This document shows positions 19,621-27,488 of a DNA stretch of 48,560 nucleotides, in pieces. The notes beneath the pieces are model-generated. The model worked only from the letters and a program-made list of their open reading frames with translations, searched no databases and was not told the DNA's origin. This stretch comes from a virus (lineage: Duplodnaviria; Caudoviricetes): positions 1 to 48,560 of the IMG/VR virus record IMGVR_UViG_3300037483_001129, one strand, 5' to 3'. Each line of letters begins with the position of its first letter. Position 1 is the first letter of the stretch. A program made the position numbers and the translations under genes.

Positions 19621-19657
19621 TATTGCATACTATATCATGCAATAATTATAATGTCAA
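19621..19657 (-). promoter_or_regulatory. Consensus sigma70 promoter TTGACA-N17-TATAGT with overlapping palindrome TATTGCAT-N8-ATGCAATA
   Basis: -35 at 19652-19657, -10 at 19629-19634; inverted repeat 19621-19644. Confidence 0.75.
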
Positions 19658-19902
19658 GAGCTATTTTTACCCAATACCTTTTTCTTGTACGCTGTCCACT
19701 CACTAAACGCATCCTCAAAGCTTTTACCCAGTGAAAGATACATCTTGCTCAATGCAGTTATCTCGGCTGTTGACATCGCTTCTGGTGCAGGATAACGCTG
19801 TTTTGCCTGATCTGCTAAATAAGATATACGGGAAATCTTACCCATTATTTGGAGTAATTGGTTAAGTCTTTCTAACGCTTCAATGTCATTTATTTCACTC
19901 AT
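19654..19902 (-). CDS. Hypothetical helical protein between TIGR array 1 and the parB operon
   Basis: 82-aa ORF; upstream TTGACA-N17-TAAATT with -35 at 19937-19942. Confidence 0.6.
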   Translation of the reverse strand: MSEINDIEALERLNQLLQIMGKISRISYLADQAKQRYPAPEAMSTAEITALSKMYLSLGKSFEDAFSEWTAYKKKVLGKNSS

Positions 19903-19953
19903 TCAGTCCTTTTAATTTAACAGTCTTTTGGGGTTGTGTCAATGGGCAGGAAA

Positions 19954-20163
19954 CGCAGTATTATTTTGTTTTAATTTTCACCATGGCTCGCAATAATGAA
20001 ATGTTTTAATCTATCACCTGGCTCGCAATACGGATATGTTTTAATCTATCACCTGGCTCGCAATACGGATATGTTTTAATCTCTTATCTGGCTCGCAAGT
20101 CTATTTTGTTTTAATTCTGAAATTGGCTCGCAATATGGACATGTTTTAATAAGAAATATGGCT
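19954..20163 (-). ncRNA. TIGR-like dual-spacer array 1 (6 units, 35-nt period)
   Basis: Edge repeat TGCGAGCCA, loop repeat TTAAAACA, 9-nt A/B spacers: TATTTCTTA/TGTCCATAT, ATTTCAGAA/AAATAGACT, GATAAGAGA/TATCCGTAT, GGTGATAGA/TATCCGTAT, GGTGATAGA/TTTCATTAT, TGGTGAAAA/AAATAATAC. Confidence 0.92.
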
Positions 20164-20893
20164 ACATCTCAATTATATCAATCAAATGTTCATGTCCATT
20201 TCTGCCGATAATAAATGGATGTTCTGCCTCCAAACCCTTTAGCTGTCTTGATTTCATCCAGTAATGAGCTAAAAATACTTTGATGGTTTTTCTTTTTGCA
20301 GCAGCATAACGGTGTCCTTTCATACATAGTCTTTCTTTACCTTTCTTTTCGCCTTTGCTTGCACAACCTGCACTACCACAGTCTTTTGCATATACCCATT
20401 TCTTGTCATAATCAGCCCTAAATTCTTCATACAGCTTTCTATATCCACTTTTGTTTGATTGTTGTTTGACAAAACTTTCACCTATTTTCCACAAATGCGT
20501 TTTTAGTCTTGTATTCCAATTGGATTTTTGTCCTGCCTTTCTACGTACTGCCCTGCCTTCCTCATTAACTGCTAATCCGCAATATGCCCAGAGCTTTGAG
20601 ATAGTTGCAAATCTTTCAATGTCGCCTGTCCAGCTTGTTAATCCTGCTGCCAACACATCTCCTATGCCTTTTATATTTTCCAGCCATTCAGTATAAATAG
20701 GATACGTTTTGTTTATCTGGTATGTGTATTTAGCAATATCCTTTTCAATTGAAGCCAGTCTATTCAGTACATTTACTTTTGTCCATTTTTCATCCTGTTC
20801 GCTTACACCCTGACTTGCACTTCGAAGTTGGTTTTCAACTTCAATACGCATAGCCTGAATATCATAATATGTTTCAATAATTCCTCGTATCAA
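20162..20893 (-). CDS. tasA: TasA-like protein: IS110/Nop-family RNA-binding domain, no RuvC or HNH nuclease
   Basis: Coiled coil, then WLENIKGIGDVLAAGL..DIERFATISKLWAYCGL..RRKAG..WNTRLK..YRKLY..GHRYAAAKRK; no DEDD domain; followed immediately by the array. Probable TTG start at 20893 after GGGGGTGA (the ORF track extends to 20932). Confidence 0.85.
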   Translation of the reverse strand: MIRGIIETYYDIQAMRIEVENQLRSASQGVSEQDEKWTKVNVLNRLASIEKDIAKYTYQINKTYPIYTEWLENIKGIGDVLAAGLTSWTGDIERFATISKLWAYCGLAVNEEGRAVRRKAGQKSNWNTRLKTHLWKIGESFVKQQSNKSGYRKLYEEFRADYDKKWVYAKDCGSAGCASKGEKKGKERLCMKGHRYAAAKRKTIKVFLAHYWMKSRQLKGLEAEHPFIIGRNGHEHLIDIIEM

Positions 20894-20894
20894 C

Positions 20895-21098
20895 TTAATC
20901 ACCCCCTTTCTCATCTGATAATGTCCATCCACATTCGGGACAATAAATAACTGTCATGTAAGGTATACCAAAAACTGTATTTTGAACCGATTTCAGTCTT
21001 GACTTGCATTTAGGGCAGTATTTTTTTAGAAAAGATGTATTGCCCTTCTGTATCTTTTCTAAATGGTTTTTAAAAATAATATTGATATGTTTTTTCAT
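20895..21098 (-). CDS. Small zinc-ribbon protein directly upstream of tasA
   Basis: CPKC...CPECG. Confidence 0.7.
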   Translation of the reverse strand: MKKHINIIFKNHLEKIQKGNTSFLKKYCPKCKSRLKSVQNTVFGIPYMTVIYCPECGWTLSDEKGGD

Positions 21099-21238
21099 TT
21101 GTTTTTACGTCTGTATTTTTCTTGCTCTAAGTATTCATCCATAGCACAGCTACCCTCGCAACTGTTTACTACAATAACAGTCTTTTGGTGTCTTTCAATA
21201 AAATCACGTTTGATTTTTTCTCGTGTTTTTTTGTCCAT
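21095..21238 (-). CDS. Hypothetical 47-aa protein (MDKKTREKIKRDF...), not in the ORF track
   Basis: ATGA overlap with the zinc-ribbon gene. Confidence 0.5.
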   Translation of the reverse strand: MDKKTREKIKRDFIERHQKTVIVVNSCEGSCAMDEYLEQEKYRRKNK

Positions 21239-21380
21239 AGGTTACAATATAGGGGTTATCTAATGGGGTTACTGTTTAGGGTTATTTAAACCCCTACTGT
21301 TGTTTGCTCAGTTGTTATTACTGGCTATCTAGTAGGGGTTTAGGGGTTAATTACAGTTGTAATTAACTTACGGGGTTATT
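21238..21380. repeat. Intergenic cluster of GGGGTTA-like direct repeats and two inverted repeats
   Basis: GGGTTA core about 6 times; TAAACCCCTACT (21287) pairs with AGTAGGGGTTTA (21331); GTTAATTACA-GT-TGTAATTAAC at 21346-21367. Confidence 0.7.
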
Positions 21381-21402
21381 AGCTTTAGACGAACGTATCG
21401 TC

Positions 21403-21645
21403 TTATTTACTATTTTTTCGTTCGTTTTCTTCGTCTATCGCCTTTTTAACCAAAACTGGTTGAAGTGCAAGTGCAACTTCAGTCCTGTATTGGGATGTGC
21501 TATCACTATCTGCCAATGCACTCGCAAAGTCTTTTGCACTAACACCAGCCTTTTTTGCTAATGCAAGAACTGATGGTGTAATTTGGTCAGCAGTATCTAC
21601 AGCTTCTTGCATTTCATCTCTAAACTTACGTGTGTTAATTGCCAT
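21403..21645 (-). CDS. Hypothetical protein
   Basis: 80 aa; GGCGGTGA RBS. Confidence 0.6.
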   Translation of the reverse strand: MAINTRKFRDEMQEAVDTADQITPSVLALAKKAGVSAKDFASALADSDSTSQYRTEVALALQPVLVKKAIDEENERKNSK

Positions 21646-21758
21646 TCATTATTTCACCGCCCTTCTTGTGTCTAGCCCACTAAGTGTATGGGTTCACAAG
21701 GCGATAGTTGAATTGTGGGATAGTTGGGGTACAGTATATAACCCCAAAAATACCGCCC

Positions 21759-23054
21759 TCAACTATCCCCTTGTGTTCGCATACTATGTCCGTTGGGTTG
21801 AGCTTCGATTATATTACCGTATAAAGTTGGGTTTTTATTCACTAAAACAAATTTAAAATTTTTGGGAAAACCAGCGATATATTTATCTTTACAACCCATT
21901 ATTTCTTTAACAGTTGGTATATGCAGACCTTGGCGTTTAGTTATTAGTTGGCGTTGTTGTAGCGTGTTAACAATTCTTTTTACTTCATTTTCAATATCTA
22001 ATATATTATCGCTATATTTATCGTCAAATTCATAATCACCAGCCCCGAGATAATCTTGGATATTTTCTAAGCGTAACATCAATAATTCCGATAAATGCTC
22101 TGATGGTTTTGTAATTATTTCAAATTCATTAAATGAGAAAATCTTCTTTTCAAGCTGTTTTATTATAAATTCATCGTCTAATTTTTCAATTTGTACTGGA
22201 GTAAGTCCGTCTGATAGACTAAATGTTTTTTGCTTAGGGTATCTACTATAAAAATCATCATCATTGTTATAATTGGAAATATAAGGCTTAGTTTCAATTT
22301 CAAAAATTTCCCAGCCCCTAGTTGTTAGTTTTAATCCTGTTTCATCGTCTAATTCTTTAATAACAAACTTATCATCATACTGTTTATTGACAAAAAGCCC
22401 CTTGTGATATGATTTGTAGGTTGATAATCCTTCTTCAAGTATATTTTCTGTACTAGCAAAATAAATTGACTGGCTTTCTTTATTATATGCAAGAAATAAG
22501 GGGCTAGTGTTACGAAACAAATACAAGGTTTGAGGTTCTTTGGTGTTTATCAAAGCACATGCGAACGAGCCTTGCAGTTTTTTTGATGTTAGCTGTATAG
22601 CTTTAATGGTGTTTTTACCTTGTGCTAAATACATTTCAATAAGCCTCAAAATTATCTCGCTATCTACTTCACCATCTGTTTTTATTGAAAATTGTTCTTT
22701 AACTTCATCATAATTGGTGATAATTCCATTATGTACTAGCATTAAACCAGTTTTACTGATAATCGGATGATTATTTTTATTATTATCTTGTGTACCTTGT
22801 GTTTTTGCTCTGGTATGGCCTAATATCATTTGAGGATTATGCGTTTTTAGTAGTTTTTGATATTCTTTACCCGACACAAATTCAGTAGCTTTGATCGGGG
22901 CTTTGTAATAGTTAATTGTATTTTTTGCCATTGAAAAACCTAGACCAGTAGCATCACTTCCCCTAGTTTCAGAAGCCAATAATAACCTAGTAAAATGATG
23001 TTTACATTCTTTTGAGTTTGTTGGATTTGTTATATAGCCTGTAATTCCGCACAT
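21759..23054 (-). CDS. Class II (Ntn) glutamine amidotransferase-domain protein
   Basis: True start MCGITG (Cys at position 2) at 23054; RGSDATG, GHTRAKT, NNHP, HNGII, DSE motifs. Confidence 0.9.
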   Translation of the reverse strand: MCGITGYITNPTNSKECKHHFTRLLLASETRGSDATGLGFSMAKNTINYYKAPIKATEFVSGKEYQKLLKTHNPQMILGHTRAKTQGTQDNNKNNHPIISKTGLMLVHNGIITNYDEVKEQFSIKTDGEVDSEIILRLIEMYLAQGKNTIKAIQLTSKKLQGSFACALINTKEPQTLYLFRNTSPLFLAYNKESQSIYFASTENILEEGLSTYKSYHKGLFVNKQYDDKFVIKELDDETGLKLTTRGWEIFEIETKPYISNYNNDDDFYSRYPKQKTFSLSDGLTPVQIEKLDDEFIIKQLEKKIFSFNEFEIITKPSEHLSELLMLRLENIQDYLGAGDYEFDDKYSDNILDIENEVKRIVNTLQQRQLITKRQGLHIPTVKEIMGCKDKYIAGFPKNFKFVLVNKNPTLYGNIIEAQPNGHSMRTQGDS

Positions 23055-23064
23055 ATATTTATTA

Positions 23065-25182
23065 TTAACAGTTGCAACATACGTTGCACCTTTCACAGTC
23101 ACCGCAAAAATCATCACTATAGACTCTGTTTCCACAATTATTACATGCATAACACTCGCAACATTCATCGCAGTTACCACAATGCTCACATATTAAATCT
23201 GATACTGCTTCACAATTAGCACATCTATTACAACCGCAACATTCATCGCAACAATTACAATTTGTGCATGGGTTACTTGTCCATTCTCCACAATCTTCAC
23301 AATTTCTGCCTAATGTTGGAATATTCTGTTGTCTGCCTCTTTCAGTAAGTGGTATTGAAGAAATAATCTGATTAAGCCATTTAAGTAAATGATATTGACA
23401 TGAGTTTTTTAACGGATTGGTATATAAACAATGACATGGTTCTTGAACAGTGGTGTGTTCTAATTCGTATAGATCATGGCTCAATTTATCAAATTTTTCT
23501 GTTGTTAGGATATTTTGTTCTGTATAATTTAATAGTATTATTCTTCTTTTTATCGTATTGTAGGGTAAGTTTAAATCAATTATGGGTGGCAATTTAATTT
23601 TACCTAACTTATCGGGCAATTGTGTTAGTGGTGGTGCAACTTTCAAAAATTCAGGTTTAAGTTTGATGGTGTTTTTAATAATAGGCTCAACCATTTTCTT
23701 TTTTGATACCTTCAAATTTTTATTACCATCTTTACTCTTAAATAATTCCCTATTTTTTAATAAAATACTGATAACGGCTATCGCTTCGGCTATCATTAAG
23801 TTTTCTTCCCTCATTTTTCTACCAAAAGCTAGGGTATTACTTCTTAATACGTTTGTATCAGTTATTTTTTCAATTTTAGTAGTATGGGTTAACTTTGAGG
23901 CTATATCCCATGAATAAGCCAATATCTGTTTTTTAACATCTACGCCTAACTTGGGTAAATTTATGTATATATTGTTTTTTCGTTCTTTTTTCAATCCTAG
24001 TATTTCAATTTGTTCTACTTTAATATCGCCATCAAATATTGACCGCAATATATTTTCTGAAAATGAATTGTTTAATGCGTCATTGACATGTTCTGCAATT
24101 TCAAAACAGCCTAAGTCGTTTGTATTTCCCTTAACAAATGAATAATAATATCTAGGAGTGTTTGAAGCGTTTTTGTGAGCTACAATTAAGGCTTTAAATA
24201 CTTTATCAATTAGCGTTTCAATTTTATCAACTTTCAAAAAGTCTGGATAGTAAAATTCAATGTTCCAACCTTGTTTTATTTCACTTGTATATAAATCACG
24301 CCCAAGTTGTACGCTTTTTATAAAATTATCAGTCTGTTTTTTATATTCTTTGTCTTTATATCTGGGTAATAATTTTAATTGATTGAATGAAACAGGCAAC
24401 ATAGGCTTGAGTAAGTCTTTTGAATGATTATTAAATGCTTCTTTAAACCCATAAATAGGTTCTTTAGCTTTGAAGTCATTAAATAATGAGGCTTCTGCTA
24501 TTGCATAAGCTGTATAGAATATCATCCTTGTTAAATTTTCGTTAGCTATAAATGAAGGTAGCACTCTATATTCCATACCCCAAGGCTGAGAACGTATGCT
24601 TTCATCGCCCAAGTGTCCATACCTACTTCTTACTTTCCGCCAAAGTGAATATTGCTGATTTTCTATATACATAGAAGGAAATGCCAATAACATATCGAGG
24701 TTATTTCCTATTTTTTGACTATTTATTTCAAAGCTACTGCCTTGTAATAAAGAATGACCAAAGTGAATATGTCCACCAACTGCTAAAGTATCAGATTGAC
24801 AAAGCATATTGTTTTTAAATGCTAGTGGGTAATTCTTTTTATTTTCTTCAAGAACTTTTTTGATATTTTGTACTAGCGTTTCAGGTTCTTTTGCTGGTTT
24901 AACCCTTATTTCTGCCGTTGCTGTGTGACCATCATAGCCAAAATCATTATTAAGTCCGCTATCCGATAGAACGCTATCAGCCCTTACTAGTTCTTTATTC
25001 TTGTTATATAGTGCAAATTCTGGATCAGTGCCTATTGTTAGTGGTTCTTTTGCTTTGTTTTTAGTCTTAGCCTCTGAAAAATCCATATCGAAGGGTACAA
25101 ACTCAATAGATTGAGGGATTAGTTGCTCTCTTATACTTGATACTGTTGTATAAAATGTTTCTCCGTCAAGAGTATTAGGCAT
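23065..25182 (-). CDS. Phage phiEco32-like COOH-NH2 ligase (amidoligase) with C-terminal extension and Cys-rich tail
   Basis: TIGTDPEF, GYDG..AEIR, GGHIHFG, RYG..IRSQPWGMEYRVLPSF. Confidence 0.85.
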   Translation of the reverse strand: MPNTLDGETFYTTVSSIREQLIPQSIEFVPFDMDFSEAKTKNKAKEPLTIGTDPEFALYNKNKELVRADSVLSDSGLNNDFGYDGHTATAEIRVKPAKEPETLVQNIKKVLEENKKNYPLAFKNNMLCQSDTLAVGGHIHFGHSLLQGSSFEINSQKIGNNLDMLLAFPSMYIENQQYSLWRKVRSRYGHLGDESIRSQPWGMEYRVLPSFIANENLTRMIFYTAYAIAEASLFNDFKAKEPIYGFKEAFNNHSKDLLKPMLPVSFNQLKLLPRYKDKEYKKQTDNFIKSVQLGRDLYTSEIKQGWNIEFYYPDFLKVDKIETLIDKVFKALIVAHKNASNTPRYYYSFVKGNTNDLGCFEIAEHVNDALNNSFSENILRSIFDGDIKVEQIEILGLKKERKNNIYINLPKLGVDVKKQILAYSWDIASKLTHTTKIEKITDTNVLRSNTLAFGRKMREENLMIAEAIAVISILLKNRELFKSKDGNKNLKVSKKKMVEPIIKNTIKLKPEFLKVAPPLTQLPDKLGKIKLPPIIDLNLPYNTIKRRIILLNYTEQNILTTEKFDKLSHDLYELEHTTVQEPCHCLYTNPLKNSCQYHLLKWLNQIISSIPLTERGRQQNIPTLGRNCEDCGEWTSNPCTNCNCCDECCGCNRCANCEAVSDLICEHCGNCDECCECYACNNCGNRVYSDDFCGDCERCNVCCNC

Positions 25183-25407
25183 AATTCATTTATTCATTAG
25201 GTTCAAATGTCCAAGGTTGTACAATCTGGTAATGAGTTAACTCTAGTCAAGTTAAATAAACTTTTGTATTTTGTACAACCTTGGATTTAAGGTTATTGTC
25301 CTTATTGCCTAGCCCCAGTTAAAAACCGAGGCTAGGTATATAAAAATGCGATTTTCTTATTAATTCATTTATTCACTTAATATTGCTAATCGCAAGAGCA
25401 ATAAGTA

Positions 25408-25436
25408 TTTATATCATAGTATTATATACTTGTCAA
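25408..25436 (-). promoter_or_regulatory. Main leftward sigma70 promoter TTGACA-N17-TATAAA
   Basis: TGTCAA at 25431-25436 and TTTATA at 25408-25413. Confidence 0.7.
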
Positions 25437-25978
25437 GACACAATAATACGTAATTGATTGTTGGTGTGTTTATGTTACAGGTGGTGAGGGGAAGGGGTAG
25501 AGTGTTAGCAGATAGCGGTATGGAATCGTAAACCAACCTCACATATCTTACCCTTACACCCTTATTATAGGATAACTACTGTGGTATGTTGTAACCTCTG
25601 TGCCTGTTATTAGTCGTACAATAATCATTATGCGACACTAACAGCTATTTAGGCTTAATAACCCCCTATACACCCAAACCGCAGATTTTAAATTTAATAT
25701 TTAACCCCGATTTAATACGAAGTAAATTTTTGACCAATTGTTATTATTATAGGATTATGTTTATTTCACCTCTTGTTCCACAAAAAGTTCAGTAGCGTCT
25801 CCTCTTTTTTTAATAGTATTTGTCTTTCGTTACAAATAATACGGTCAAGATTCTTGTTAATTATCAACGCCTGTTTCCAGATAGAATAATCTTCTTAGGC
25901 TCTTGACACCCCTGTGGCCCTGCTTGCACGACTCTTACCAGTAGGGTAGTTTTACCAACTATATTTAGTATAACTTAG

Positions 25979-26008
25979 TTGACAACCCCCCATAAACATA
26001 GGTATTAT
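25979..26008 (+). promoter_or_regulatory. Rightward promoter TTGACA-N18-TATTAT for the packaging genes
   Basis: Directly upstream of the terS ATG at 26016. Confidence 0.6.
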
Positions 26009-26015
26009 GGTTTAT

Positions 26016-26489
26016 ATGTCCTACTCCCAATATCCCACAATGAAACAAAGAAAAATGGTTCATAAATGGATTGAAACTGGGAACCTGACTGAAGCTACAC
26101 AATTTGCCTACAATACAACCAAACACAACGCTTCAAGAATAGGCAACAGGATAATGAAAAGTGAGAATGTCAAAAATTACATTCGTGAAGTTCTTACTGC
26201 TGCTGGTTTGACTCCAGAATCAATTGCAAAAGATTTACAGGAATTAAGGAAGAATACCAAACCAGAAGGGAGGGTTTCAGACCCGTCACTGCATCTTAGA
26301 ACAATCCAAGAAGGTGCGAAGTTATTGGAAATGTATCCTATTGAAAAGAAAAGTATTGAGAAAAAGGTGGCTAAATTTGACATCTCCTTAAAAGGAAAGA
26401 ATAGAGATGAATTGATTGATGAACTCGAAAAACAACAGGAAGAGTTTACCCATTTCATGCGTGCAATCAAGAGAAAAAAAGATTCTTAA
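26016..26489 (+). CDS. terS: Terminase small subunit
   Basis: TMKQRKMVHKWIETGNLTEATQFAY..ASRIGNRIM..NVKNYI is a TerS N-terminal HTH pattern; upstream of terL. Confidence 0.8.
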   Translation: MSYSQYPTMKQRKMVHKWIETGNLTEATQFAYNTTKHNASRIGNRIMKSENVKNYIREVLTAAGLTPESIAKDLQELRKNTKPEGRVSDPSLHLRTIQEGAKLLEMYPIEKKSIEKKVAKFDISLKGKNRDELIDELEKQQEEFTHFMRAIKRKKDS

Positions 26490-26493
26490 ATTA

Positions 26494-26634
26494 ATGATTC
26501 TTTGTCCATATTGTGGTGAATACGTTGAATTGGAAAAGACAAAATGTCCTGAATGTGGTGAATACGTGAGACTAAAAGGTAACAACCGTGTTGAACTCGA
26601 TGAGTGGGATGAAGAAAAGGAGGATGAAGATTAA
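26494..26634 (+). CDS. Small zinc-ribbon protein
   Basis: CPYCG...CPECG; ATG at 26494. Confidence 0.65.
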   Translation: MILCPYCGEYVELEKTKCPECGEYVRLKGNNRVELDEWDEEKEDED

Positions 26635-26888
26635 TGGCACATCAAATTCCAAAACAAAACCATCCTTGGAGAAAATACAGTAACCGTACAAATCCAAGTG
26701 ATGAGACTAATTCAGAGAAAAAACAAAAATCAGTCAAGATACTCATTCAGGAATTTGCAAACTCTTGGGATGAAATCAGGATTGTAACTTCAGTTTATGG
26801 TAGGGAAGGAGAATTTAAGTTATCAGAATTATCCCAAAGCAAACAGGCAGCGTGGCTGGCTGGATTATTGAAAAGACATTATGCGTAA
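26634..26888 (+). CDS. Hypothetical protein
   Basis: TAATG-coupled ORF. Confidence 0.6.
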   Translation: MAHQIPKQNHPWRKYSNRTNPSDETNSEKKQKSVKILIQEFANSWDEIRIVTSVYGREGEFKLSELSQSKQAAWLAGLLKRHYA

Positions 26889-26909
26889 ATTCTCTATACT
26901 ATTATATAT

Positions 26910-27488
26910 ATGCCAAAAATAAAGAAAAAGACTTTAACAAAAAAAGAACTTTACGAACAAAAGAAACGGGAAATGGAAGAGGATTTGGAATACTTCAAGC
27001 AGGTGGAAAATCCTGAAGCGAGAGGTGGAGGAAGAAAATTTGTCGAGGATACTATTAAAGAAGAGAAAAAACAGGAAGAAAAAAAAGATGACACGAATAA
27101 AAACTATCTTGATTCAAAAATAGGGGCATTTGTCAGTTACAAGGAAAGATTGGCGATGATTGCCTTTAATGAAATAATGAACCAAAGCTTTCCTGCGGAT
27201 TGGCAGTATTATTGTGTTCCTACTGACGGCAAACCTCTTGATGTTTGGGGAAAGAAATTTGGTACTCAGGATGGCATCGTTTACATAATAAGAAGTCCTA
27301 AAGGTGAAGTTTACATACGGGCTGTTAAATGTGCCTACGACCCCGATTTGGATATTAATGCAATCAAAATAATGGTAGTTCAGATTGAAAATACAATTGA
27401 TTCTTGGAAGGGTTTGCTTCTTTCGGATAATGTTGATACAAAAGCTACGATGAAGAAAACCAGTTCAGATATAGTAATTCCTCATTAA
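26910..27488 (+). CDS. Hypothetical protein
   Basis: 192 aa; coupled to terL. Confidence 0.65.
   Translation: MPKIKKKTLTKKELYEQKKREMEEDLEYFKQVENPEARGGGRKFVEDTIKEEKKQEEKKDDTNKNYLDSKIGAFVSYKERLAMIAFNEIMNQSFPADWQYYCVPTDGKPLDVWGKKFGTQDGIVYIIRSPKGEVYIRAVKCAYDPDLDINAIKIMVVQIENTIDSWKGLLLSDNVDTKATMKKTSSDIVIPH

Noticed and set aside
19954-20163. CRISPR array
   Set aside because: Two alternating 8-9-nt repeats with 9-nt spacers and no cas genes; the layout fits TIGR, not CRISPR.
20162-20932. IS110 insertion sequence / transposase
   Set aside because: No N-terminal DEDD RuvC domain, shorter than an IS110 transposase, embedded in a coupled phage operon and followed by a dual-spacer array.
23055-23189. 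N-terminal extension of the GATase ORF
   Set aside because: Overlaps the amidoligase tail; Ntn enzymes need Cys at the N-terminus, so the start is MCGI at 23054.
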